From contig MU053557.1 of assembly GCA_013239625.1 (NCBI GenBank), positions 2,572,123 to 2,636,122 of the forward strand: a stretch of DNA of 64,000 nt, written 5' to 3'. The notes beneath the pieces are model-generated. The model saw only the letters and a list, made by a program, of their open reading frames with translations. It was not told where the DNA came from and did not search any database. Shown one piece after another: positions 52,621 through 64,000 of the stretch. The DNA comes from Lama guanicoe (lineage: Eukaryota). Numbering within the stretch: the first letter of the stretch is position 1; each line of letters opens with the position of its first letter. A program made the translations under genes and the position numbers.

Positions 52621-55600
52621 AGGACCTTTTAAAGCTCACTCATATTGATAGGATCAAATCTGGACCTCCTTACTCCAGAGTTCAAGGTTCTTCACTCATT
52701 GGCCCTCTTGTCAACTTACTTGTCCAAACTCACTTTACTCAATCACACGCTCTCACCTTCTCACAGGTCCTCATACTGCTCACTCGTCCCCCTCTCTGCT
52801 TATTGTGCTGTCCGACCCAGTGTTCACTTATCTTCTTTTCTCTTACCTTTTGGAAGCCCCTCCCATTCCTGAAGGACCAGGAGGAATCGATCCTCCACAA
52901 GTCTCATTAACCTCTCTTTTCCCTGAACCCCTGACTCTTTTGTCTGGCTCATTTATTTGTGCCAACACTTCCAGAAGACTAAGCTTATTGAAGGCAGAAA
53001 CTTCTCTTTTTTTTTAATTTTCTATTTTCAAAATAGTATTTTTATTATACGTAGACTCATTCATACAGACATACCTCCATACATTTTTCTTAAAATTATA
53101 CATATTTTTCATTTTAAGATTCCAATTGTTTATTTTGGAGCACTTCTTTCTTATTTTCAATTTTTATATTGGCCTGGTACAATAATAGATTCTAAATATA
53201 TATGCGTTATAAATACAATGAGGGCTTACCTATGTGTCCAGACCCTTGTCAGCTACGCATCTGTACAGAGATTAAAAAGACAGGCTGCATCCTCCAGGGT
53301 GAAAACTTAGCATTGCTCTTAAGACCCTGGACTTAGAGGAGTTATTCATGGTTCCAGATGAAGGTTTTGTAACTAACTGGTTCTGTGATCCAGGGTTATC
53401 CACTGTCATCACCAAAACTCAGTTTTTTCATCTGTAAAATGGGGACTTTCACATGGGGCTGTCATGAGGATTACACAGAAACATAATTATTTTGTTAGTG
53501 AACATCTACTGAATTAGCCAGTTTGCTAAATGAAACACAATTACATCCGAAGAAAAGTCCATGCTCTTAATATTATTATCCGAAGAATTCAGCCCAGTGA
53601 CTGACTCACAGAAACATTTAACATATGGTAGTTGTTATTATCAGAGCATTAAATGTATGTATAGATTGAGTGAGAAAAACCTATATCTTGGTTAAAACGT
53701 AGAAAGCAAGAAGAATTGGCACAGTGTGAGATATAAACACATGCCCATAAACACAGGGTGAATTTAATCCATAGGAAATTCCTTAGGGAAATTAATCACA
53801 CCCCATTAACACAGTCCCAAAGGCAAGAAGAGCTGGCCTCTGATCTTTACATATTTAACATCTTTGAAAAAACTCTGAAACCATAACTATCTTGAAATGC
53901 TATACAAAGGCAAGTGGATCTGGCAGTAATATGCAAAAACATCCTACTTTTGTTCTAGCTCACATAATTCTTTAATCATCCTAATTCCTGATGCTTCTCT
54001 GCAAACTTTTGACCTCAGGAGAGCTCTTTGATTGCTCAGTGGGATTTTGAGAGCAAGGAGAAGAGAACACCGAGGAACAAGTTCTCAGTGTGTTCTTACA
54101 CGCTCATTTAAAAGACAACATTTTAATAATTCTAATTCATATATACTTCTATTCATGCAATCAATAATTCATGGCCATTCCTCTGCGCACTTTAGCGACA
54201 ACAGAAAGGGCAGGATATTTCTTCTCTTCCCTTCGCCCTCCTTTCTTCACTTGGTCATGCCCGGAGCCTGGAGAGTACAGAATCTCAAGAAAACAGTTGC
54301 CATGGTGATCCGTCCTTTGAGTACTCGACTGTATTTCGCTCTTTCTGGAGTGAATTCATGCTTTTTATTGCTTTCATGCTAAATATATTGAAGATTAGAT
54401 TTGATTTCCTCTGTAGCGATAGAGTTTTATCAGAAAAATGGGAAGTAAAAACACAGCATGAAGAAACTATATTTTTCTGCCACTACACTATCAGAAAGAA
54501 AAAAAAAACATTTCAGAAGAAGAAAGAACCAGCCATAGGGAGATGGATGCGGGTGTCTGGAAGCCACGCTATGCACATGTGCATCTAAATGTTAGAAAAT
54601 CTGCCTTGAGAGGTAATGATCTTACTTCTTCCATAAGTGGAAGGTGGCATAAGGTAACCACAAAATACTGAGTTATAAGAAATAACCCAATTTTTAGTGT
54701 ATTGTGCTCTTCTCGGCACAGAAAATATCATAGAGACCAAGGAAATCCTGAAACCCACAATACTGTCCCTACTCTGTATTTTATTAAGGACAGTCTTGCT
54801 TTCTACTAAAGCTAAGGAACTGGCTTTCCTTACTTCTCAAAGCAGGTAGGTGACTCTCCTAAGACAACCATGGCACTCTGCATTTCCTGACATGGAACTT
54901 ATCTCACAAATAGTTACCACCCACTTATCCATCTTCCTCACAAGACCCTGCAAGGGCAGGGCCTGTGACTTTACTGTTGTACCCTTGAGCCTCAATCAGC
55001 ACAAGAGGAAAGGAAGATTATATCGAGAAAAGTATGACAGAGTAACTGTGAGGTTCTGAGGTCTCCCTTGTGAAACAGCAGTGGGCTGATATGTTGGATA
55101 GAGAGGAAATTGTATGTAAGTAAAAAACAAAACAGCCACTGGTTTTCATGGTCACTCCTGTCCAGAGTCTGGCTTGGTTCCCATCTTGAGGCAATCAGGG
55201 GTTAAAGGGAAGAATCTGTGTGGCAGCAGAGGGACGATGAATCGGACCATCCCGTGATGCCTCCTTCTGCACCATTACATCCCCACCCAACACAGCCCAG
55301 AGTCAAGTCGTCATTAGGTCCTACGTAACCAGAAGAAAACTATGGTTTTAGCCAATTTGAGCCAAGAAGTAAGTACTGAGCACCTACGTCAAACTAGGTA
55401 CTGTGTCCTCTAGCACGAGAATTTTTGCCCCCAGGAAGTTGAGAGTCCAGGAGGGCTTCTCTGGGAAGCCTGTGGAAGGGGGCATGGCTGAGGATGAGCA
55501 CAGATATCCCGGGTTATGAACAACAGCACTGACAACTAACATTTACTGAACATGCAGGCACTTCTTTAAGCACTATATATGCATGAACTCATTTGATCCT

Positions 55601-56309
55601 CACAACAAATCTACGAACTGGTGCCATTTTTTTCATTTAACATAGAAAGAAACTGAGGCTTTGAAAGGTGAGGTAGCTTGTCTAACATCCTAAAGCCACT
55701 TAGTAGCGGGGCCAAGATTCACACCCACAGTCTGGTCCTTGACTCAGTACCTTAACCACTATGGAGGTTTGAGTCACAGGCTCACGGGATCTCACTGGAG
55801 AGAACTACCCTACAGCGCGTGTCCCCATAGTCTCCTCTGCTGTGTAAATTGCCCAAAGTCCAAAGTGTTCCTAAATGCCTCTGGGCAATCCTTTGGATGC
55901 CCAGAGGACCATATAAAATTCCAGATTCCAAAAGGAAAACCAGTTCTATGGCTAAGTAGATATTGGAACAGAGGGATTTACACATCCCTCTAGGACGTAC
56001 AGTATGCCAGGACCGCGGTAGCTTCATAAAGAAGTTTCCATAAGGGACCAACGGTCCGATTTCTGAGTGTGACCATCCTACAGTAACAGCACCTCTGCAA
56101 AGGGTGTCTTGTGAAACTTATTTCTAAACCACCTTGCAGGAAATTAAAAACTGATCAGCTGTATCCTGAATTCCAGTCCATAGAAAACAGTGGCAAAGAA
56201 CAAGTTCTGAGTATATTAGCTCACAGAGACGTCCCTTCATTTCAAAGAGTATTAACATATACCTTAAGCCATGTTAAACACATGCATTAAAAAAACAAAA
56301 CAAGGGACA

Positions 56310-56450
56310 GGGTTGGAGGGTACAGCTCAGTGGTAGAGGGCGTGCTTAGCATACATAAGGTCCTGGGTTCAATCCCCAGTACCTTCATTAAAAAAATTAA
56401 AAATAAATAAATAAAAATTAAAATTAAAAAAACCTAATTACCCCCCCATA
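56310..56450 (+). mobile_element. tRNA-Ala-derived SINE (Vic-1-like) with extended AT-rich 3' part
   Basis: ggagggtacagctcagtggtagagggcgtgcttagcatacataaggtcctgggttcaatccccagtacc, then an AT-rich spacer and aacctaattaccccccc. Confidence 0.87.
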
Positions 56451-56820
56451 AAACAGGAAGGAAGCATATTAAGGCTTAAAGGGCAGGATTATGTGTTTTT
56501 AACTTCTACTTTGGCTTTATTTAAGGTAATTCTATTCTTTGTTTTCTGAAATGCACATGTATAATTTTAAATATCACAAAATAACTCACTTTTTTGATGC
56601 AATGACTCCCCAAGAAAAGGAGCAAAGAAAGGGATGGCAGCAATGTCAATTTAGTGAGTATTACCAGGTAGAGCTCAGAATTAGGAAGGAAAAAAAAAGA
56701 TTTAATTGCCAGCATTACCCAACCCAGTGGTGTGACTCCTATGAATGGAACATCTGAAAATGGGACCCTTCTCATTGTAACTTATTAATAACTTACAACT
56801 TGTCAAGCAGTGAAAACCTG

Positions 56821-56822
<2 letters not shown>

Positions 56823-56856
<34 letters not shown>
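56823..56856. repeat. (GT)17 microsatellite
   Basis: Perfect GT run. Confidence 0.95.
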
Positions 56857-56861
<5 letters not shown>

Positions 56862-59800
56862 CCTAGAGGAGAGAAGGGGGCTTGAAGATCGTGTTCCTTA
56901 CACACCCAGGGTCACAGAGTTCACCCCTCTCTAGCGGTCTGTTGGGCTCTGGATCCTGCTGGTTGATACTCTGCTCTCCTGCCCTTTCCATCTGGACAAA
57001 ATAACACTCCAACATTTGGGTTAGACTATACTTTTAATCATCAGAAAGAGCAGTTTGAATAGCCACAGAAAGTCTGGCCAGGAAATGGAGACAGAGATAC
57101 CCTCTGTATTTTCAGAAGACACTGATGAGGTCTTCCAGGCACTCTGGGGAAAGAGGGAGGGGGAAGCTCCAGGCGCCTACAAGGTGTGAGTTCAGAGAGA
57201 AAAACACAGATTAGATATGTCTTCCTGCCGGAGCTACATGTGGCATGCCAGCTGGCTCTGTTTCCCATCTCCTCTTTATTAGCGAATCCAACAATCATAT
57301 TTTGCTAATCTTCTCATAAATAAAATATTATACATATCACAAAGCCATCCCTGATGGCAGGCTGCACTTCAAGTAAGCTAGCATGGATGAAGATGAAAAT
57401 GGGGCATTTCCAGCTATATACAATTATTGCAACTACCAGCATTTTAAATGCTTGCAAAATCTGCAGTGCTGCTGGGTCCCTGGTGTTTGGTGCATTCTCA
57501 GGAACACAGTCTGCTGCTGGCACTTTTTAGGGTCTTATAGTATCTGCTTAATGGCTCTCTGTTTATAGTAATGAATTGAAAATTAAAGTTATCTGACCCA
57601 GACTTTAACTATGCCATACTATATCTGTTGTTAGATCATGAGCATCTTATGTAGCAGAGAGACAGTCAGTTTCACTTCTATATTTTCTTTTCTCCCTCTT
57701 CTGTCTCCCTGGCTTCCCAGAGGGAATAAGTGAGTAATTAAGAGCTCAGCCTTTGAAGTCTGATGGATCTGAGGTCCAAGCACAGTAATGCCACTTATTA
57801 GCTTATTATCTAGGGAGAGTTGGTCACTCTCATCCCTAATTTCTTCTTCAATAAACAGTGAAGAAAATCTTTCCTTTTATAGGATAGTTGTGAAAATGCA
57901 GTAAGATCATATGAATAAAGGAGCTAGCACCAGGCCTGGCATCTGTTAAGTCTTTAACAAAGGTTAGAAAGATAGGGGGAAAAAAGTGACATGATCAACA
58001 GGAATTTGGGGGCAGAGAGGGTATATTCACTGAAATTTTTTTGTTTTTCGTCTATTAGAAATTTATCATCTCACAATGGGTTCAAACAAATTTATCTATA
58101 ACGTTGGTTGTAGCTTTTCTCTTCGACCCCAAAGTTAGATCCATAAATATCTCCTATTGCCTTGATGATTAAGATAAGGGCCAAGGACTCTTTCCTCATT
58201 TACAGTTTAAAAACAGCCTTTGGTGGAGAGTTTTGATGGACTGCAGGGATATTTATGACTCAGGCCTCCTGGCAAAGGCCCTGATGCTGACTCATTTGTT
58301 ACCCCGGGAGGGAAGGAGGCAGCTGAAGTCATCATTCATTATTCTGTGTCTCAGTTATGGGGAAAGGTCAGAGGTAAGCCACTCAGCACTGGGGTGAGTG
58401 TGAGAATCAGAAAAAAGAATTTCTGACAAGCATACGCTCATGAAAATGTTTGCAAAGTCCTCCTTCCTACATACGCTACCGCGCTGCTAAATTATAATAT
58501 TCTATCCAATGCCTCAGGCTTTCAGCTCCAAACACAGCAACTCCTATTCCTCCGCAGAGCAAGTCAAAACCAATTGACAGTTGATGGAAAGGGGGGACGG
58601 ACAGAAATAGAAAGGAGGGCATGATTCGAAATTTCCACAGTGACTGTGGCTTTGAAATTAGGAAGAAAGGGCAACCTTGAAGAACTATAAGGAGAAATGT
58701 ACAAGGTTTCATAAACCAATGAAGGTCAAGTTTATGATTGTTACCATGAACAATAACAGCATTAACAAGACCATCACCATCACAGTATAATCACCAATAA
58801 AGACAGCGTTAGTATAATTTATGGAATTTAGGAGATTAGGAATATGCAATCTAGTAAAAGACAAAATACTCATAGCTAACATTTCTTCGAGTGCTTTGTG
58901 TCAGGGAGGGGGCTACACGGTCGAAATACATTTCTTTCATTTAATCCTCAAACAGTCCTATGAGACTGGTTTTACTTCTATACACATTACAGGGGAACTC
59001 GAGGCTTAGGGCTCAAGACCACACCGTTGGCTAAGAACACTGACTCTAAAGCCCGCTTTCTGCTATCGCTGCTTCAGCAAAGGAGAGTTGTGTTCAAAAC
59101 AATGCTGTCCGTTGCCTGTAAATTACTGACATCCACACACTGCAGAAATAGTTTTGATGACTCAGCATTACTTTTGGCTCCAGGTGTTGGGTATGGGAGA
59201 AAATCTGGGCCAAATTTGGACTTCCAGACCACTGTGAGTTCTTGGCATCACTTCCTTTACAAATGGACACCCGCAGGGGTGCTGTTTTGCAATCCAGAGA
59301 CTCTTACATCCAACTATAAAACGTTCAAGTAGCACATTCAGTGCAAGTTATATGGGACGGGATAAAATTCATTGTATGTCCAAAGCACAGGGCTGGATGG
59401 TTAAAAAAATTAAAAAAGCATTTATGGGTTTGTGAAAGGTTACCTGAGCTCAATGTCAAGAGAAATAGTTTTGCAAGATATGAAATTGGAGGAGGGGGGA
59501 CTTCCATCCTGTTTCAATGCAGCAGATGCTCCCAACAGAGGTACCCTTGCCCCACATTTTAAATAAATGAGATCTCTAGAGCCTACCCATCAACATTTGG
59601 TTTTCAGCAAGAAACATATGGCTTAATAAAAGTATACTTACTAAGGCCTGAGACTGGAGAGATAAGGCAACAGGACACCAAATTCCTGAATGAAGGCTGT
59701 CCTTTCTAAGCTTGGGCTGAAGCTTTAGATCAAACCTCCTTCTGGCAAGCCTACATTTGGCATCTAGCCTGAGCAGGGCATGGGCAGATCTGGGGCAGGG

Positions 59801-61737
59801 GAAACAAAACACACACACGCACACGCACGTCATTTTTCTTACAGTGGTGTAAGCCGTGATCTCCATTGTGGGTGGGTGAATTCCGCTTACCAGAACCCTA
59901 CCTCAAGGTCTTTGCAAATAGCAGTTGGACAGCACCCATCTTCCATACTGAATCTGAGTTTGAATCATGACAATAATAATCCCAGTGAGAGCAGTGGGGA
60001 TGGTAGTGGCAGCAGCAGTCGTAGCAACAACTACTAAGCTTAATGAGCATCTCCAGGCATTGCTTTAAGTGCTTTACACATATTGTCTCAAAGGGTCATT
60101 GTGAAGGAAAAATGAATTAGGTAATATTATACCCCTTTTACAGACGGAGAAGTGTTGTTAGGAGCCCTCTATGTGACATCTCATTCAGTCCTTACGATTA
60201 CTTATGTAGGTACTTTATCATTCTCACTTAACAGAAGAGACGACTGAGGCACAGAATGGGTACATGCTCACAGCCCCACAGCTTAGAGGTGAAAGAGTTG
60301 GTTGGTTTGATGTCAAAGCACACGTTAACCGGCACGTTACACGTTTGGTACCAGTATCCCCTGAAAGTACCATAGCAGTATCCCCAGCCCCCATTCCCGC
60401 CCACAAGCCTTCTTCCTCCCACTCTGCCTGTCCCAGTGAGACGGACATGCAACATGTCTCAGTTTCCTCAGCTGTCAAATGAGATGAAATCAATGCCTAC
60501 CTCAAGGAGCTGGTGTGACAATGAAATCCTACGATGCCTGGAAAGGGTTTGTATGCTGCCCTGTATAAAGACCTGATACACGTTACTGGAATTAGATCAC
60601 AGCTCTCATCACTCTGCCCTCTCCCTGCCAATGGCATTTCTCTCTTGGGCCCAGAAGGAAGCTGAGGATGGATTTCCTGGGAGCAGAAGCAGGGGGCCAA
60701 GGGTTAATGTGAAGGAGATGAACTGAGCCAGATGAGGAAGAGGAGAGTGAGAATCGCTTTGGATCTCATTGCTGGGAACCCTCACCTTTTTAATTATTTG
60801 TATAAATCATTCGACTGTGAAGGCACCACAGGCCCCGCCTCCAACTATGCCGACGATAATGAATCGGGTAGCACAATAAATAACGGGGGAAACCAGACTG
60901 CCAAAAGAAGGATTTAGGTCATTTAAATCCTAGGCTATGAGTTGTCAAATCCAGTTTAATACCAATAAGTGTGGGATAATAACTCATAGCAAACACTCCC
61001 CCTACCCCAAAGCCCCCGACCACAGCCCTTCTAATCCCTTTTCTCACCCCTTGCAAACAGAAAGGGAGCCCTGAGGGGATTCGCAGAATGAAAAGGGATG
61101 ATATAGACTGACCAGAAATGAGCCCAAGTTATTACATAATAATCCCAGATGCATCAGTTTGGGCTTAGTGCAAATACAGAGAGCTAATAGAATGCTTCAA
61201 GGTTCGATTAGCTGCCAAAGAGATTCTAAGTCAGAGCAGGTTTCATATTATTAAATTGGATGGAGGAAAAAGAGTCTCATGGTTGGGTATAACGGAAAAA
61301 TGACAGGATTCAGGAAACAAAACCATAGGCATTGCTGGGTGGCTAAAGAGTGGCCAGAGGGAGGAGTCAACTTTGAGGGACACTAATGGCAAAGCAAGAG
61401 ACAATTAATTGTCAGGAAGGCCCATTCTCAGCAGCTGAGGCTGTTCTCACACCCACATTCAGAGACAAAGTCCAGACCTGGTAACACTGGTGTTTGGGAA
61501 TTGGAACAGTCAGTCATTGCTTGATTTGATGATGATGAATTATTTCACTTATTCAACAAATATTTATTGAACACAAAATAAGAAATATGTGCAAGGCATT
61601 GTTCTGGAACTGAGGACATGTAGAGACACTAAATAGAGGCGATGGTAACAACCTAACATGTGAGCATTTACACCGTGCCGTATTCTTAGAATGCTCGAGC
61701 TCCTTCAATCCCCACAGCAATCTCATGATACAGTTAC

Positions 61738-62081
61738 TGCTACGGACTGAATGCTCACTTTGGTATGTTGAAGACTCAACTTGCGATGAGATGGCATTTG
61801 GAGATGAGGCCTCGGAGAGGGAATGAGGGTTGATGAGGTCATGTGATGGTGGGGCCCTCGTGATGGGATTAGTTTAAGAAGAAACACCCGAGAGCTTGTT
61901 TTTTTCTCTTTCTCTCTGCCATGAAAGGACACAGTGAGAAGGTACCTGTCTGCCAGCCAGGAAGAGAGTCCTCACTGTGGAAGTCAATCAGTTGGCACTT
62001 TAATCTTGGCCTTCTAGCCTGCAGAACTGTAAGCCACCCAGTCTAAGATATTTGTTATGGCAGCCTGAGCCGACTAATACA
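61738..62081 (+). mobile_element. MLT1A-type MaLR solo LTR with 5-bp TSD, inserted into a MIR
   Basis: Begins tgctacggactgaatg, ends ttgttatggcagcctgagccgactaataca. GTTAC at 61733-61737 and 62082-62086. Confidence 0.9.
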
Positions 62082-63464
62082 GTTACTATTATCACCATCA
62101 TTTATAAATGAGTAAACTGAGGTTTGGAGAGATTAAGTAACACACCCAAGATCATGCAGGAAGGAATGATGCTGACATCCAACCCTGTCTGTCTAAAGCC
62201 CAGCTGCTTTTACACTGCTTTCAAATGACGAAGTTAATACTAATAGTCACTGTGAGAAGTGAGGACATCTCTGCCAACATTACCCCACCCCCTGGCATCA
62301 TCCACTATCCTAGGTATACAGAAAGGTACCTTCCACAAGTGGGATATGAACTGAAGTGAATTAGAATGTTCTGGTAGCTACTATCGATAACACCAGGAGA
62401 ACATGAAATCAGAGTATCTCCTATACACCAAGACGGTACTGAGCATTTTCATACAAACGACACTTAATCCTCCCAGGAGCTCTCCGAGAAAACCTTGCTG
62501 GCCCCACTCTCCAGGTCAAGAAACTGAGGAAAGTGATTGAAGGCTCCAGGTTTGCAGGGAATATTTAATGCTATCTCTGCAACACCTGTCATGTTGCCTT
62601 GCCTAGAACCTGATTTAACAAAGCTATGGGATGAATGGCAGGTTACTGAGGAAGCCTGCAGAAGAGCTGGGATTTGAATCAGGTATGCCTGATTCTGAGG
62701 CTTGTACTCTCTCACTGATGCCTCCTCAATTTGAGTGTGTCTGTCACAGCCCCTAGTGCAATGCTCAGGGATTCCCCAGTGCTTGTTAAATACACAGGCC
62801 TTTCATCGCAACCTGATAACTTATAGATGGGAAACTCTTTACCCATATGTCATATTTATTGCTGTCTTCCTCTCCTTTGACTGTAACTGGTTTGACAAAT
62901 AGTTGTTGGGTACCTACTCGACCAGGGGACTAGGCTTGGTCTTAGAGGTGCTAAGACCACTCACACATGATCCCCACTCTCACACTACAAGAGTGTTTAA
63001 TTTCAGTGGAGTGCAATTAAAAAATCTTAGAGTCACAGAAAGACGAGCTAGAAGCAACTATAACTGTCATTTTATAGTCTCTACTACACTATTTGGCAGT
63101 AAATTATATACTATCTAGATGCCACATGGGAAACTCGTGTGTGCCCAACAATAGATTCTTGAAGGAGGAAACTCACACATCTTTAACTCCCCAAAGCATT
63201 TTGCAGAGTGCTAAGCAAATGACAGGTGGACATATCTTAATTAGCTGGCCTCAGCTCTGTCCCTGCTTCTGTGTGTACTGAGTAACCAAGAGTCAGATTC
63301 CTTATGGGTAAAGAACAGCTTGATTAGACGTGAAAGTTCTAATTATAGACCACACTTCTCAGAGAATATAAAGGTAGGGAGGCTCTCCATTCTGACTTAT
63401 ACTAGAAAGCCTTAAAACTGATTCTGCTGAGGTTTTTAAAAATTAAATTAATTTGTAATTTAAT

Positions 63465-64000
63465 TAACTCAAATATTTATTAACTATTATACAGTAGCCA
63501 GTAACACTAGAACTATGAACACGATAGTTCCCACCCTTGTGGATATCACTGTCTGGTGAAAGACACAGACAATTTGAAGAAAGTGACTGTAATACAGAGT
63601 GGCAAGAATGAAGGTAAGTACAGTGTGCTATAGTAACGTTTAAGGGGAGCATCGAACTTGAACTTGGAGAAATCACGGGATGCTTCCTGCAGAGAGCATC
63701 CGAAGTCCAGTGTTAAAGGACATATGAAAGTCAGCCTGACCAAGGGACAAAAGGATGGGGAAGAAAAGGATGCCAGGCAGAGGGGACAGCATCTCACAGA
63801 GAAGACCCACAGAGCATGGCATATTTGGGGGCTAAAAGAGCCTTTAATGTGAGAGGAGCCATGATACTATGAAGTGCCAGGGCTGGGCAGAAGAAAGAGG
63901 TATGTCCAGATGATACTGGAGAAGCAAGCTTGAGATTCATGATGAAGGTCTTCATTGATAATAGGAAGAGGAGACATCAAGGGTTTTATAGAGAAAAGTG
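63465..64000 (-). mobile_element. L2 fragment running off the window end
   Basis: actcaaatatttattaac..., agaggggacagcat..cagagaag..ggcatatttgggg, and gatgatactggagaagcaagc motifs. Confidence 0.65.

Larger units (their letters stand above)
1..64000 (-). other. PPP2R2B: Internal portion of the PPP2R2B transcription unit (mostly intron). First exon(s) lie beyond 64000 and downstream exons lie beyond position 1.
   Basis: Three in-frame exons encode the N-terminal part of B55-beta (about residues 24-149). I saw neither the known N-termini nor the next exon (VPVLRPMDLMVEA...) in the window. Introns between the exons are 2888 nt (29197-32084) and 5739 nt (23292-29030). Confidence 0.93.

Noticed and set aside
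60010..60030. Short CAG/CAA run suggesting the SCA12 repeat of PPP2R2B
   Set aside because: Only three CAG units beside a MIR remnant. The SCA12 repeat is in the 5' promoter region, outside this window.
1..64000. Prokaryotic-type systems (CRISPR arrays, operons, defence islands) or a novel multi-gene system
   Set aside because: The sequence is mammalian intron; I saw no repeat-spacer arrays and no long intact ORFs.

Overview
Mammalian genomic DNA, most likely a camelid: it has tRNA-Ala-derived Vic-1-type SINEs, and I recognised no Alu, BovB/Bov-tA or PRE1. The whole window lies inside the minus-strand gene PPP2R2B (PP2A regulatory subunit B55-beta). Three consecutive coding exons are present: 32182-32085 (98 nt, missed by the ORF track), 29196-29031 (166 nt) and 23291-23179 (113 nt). 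All have canonical AG/GT sites and phases that join in frame. The rest is intron filled with interspersed repeats: young L1 3' ends, SINEs, L2/MIR, MaLR LTRs and Tigger/hAT DNA transposons. I found no evidence of a new multi-gene system. The better-supported observations are retrotransposition structures (a twin-primed inverted L1, an L1+SINE composite inside one TSD, an L1 with a diverged internal repeat, nested insertions, antisense orientation bias). A few regulatory and splicing candidates are speculative. Repeat family names come from recall of consensus sequences, not from a search.
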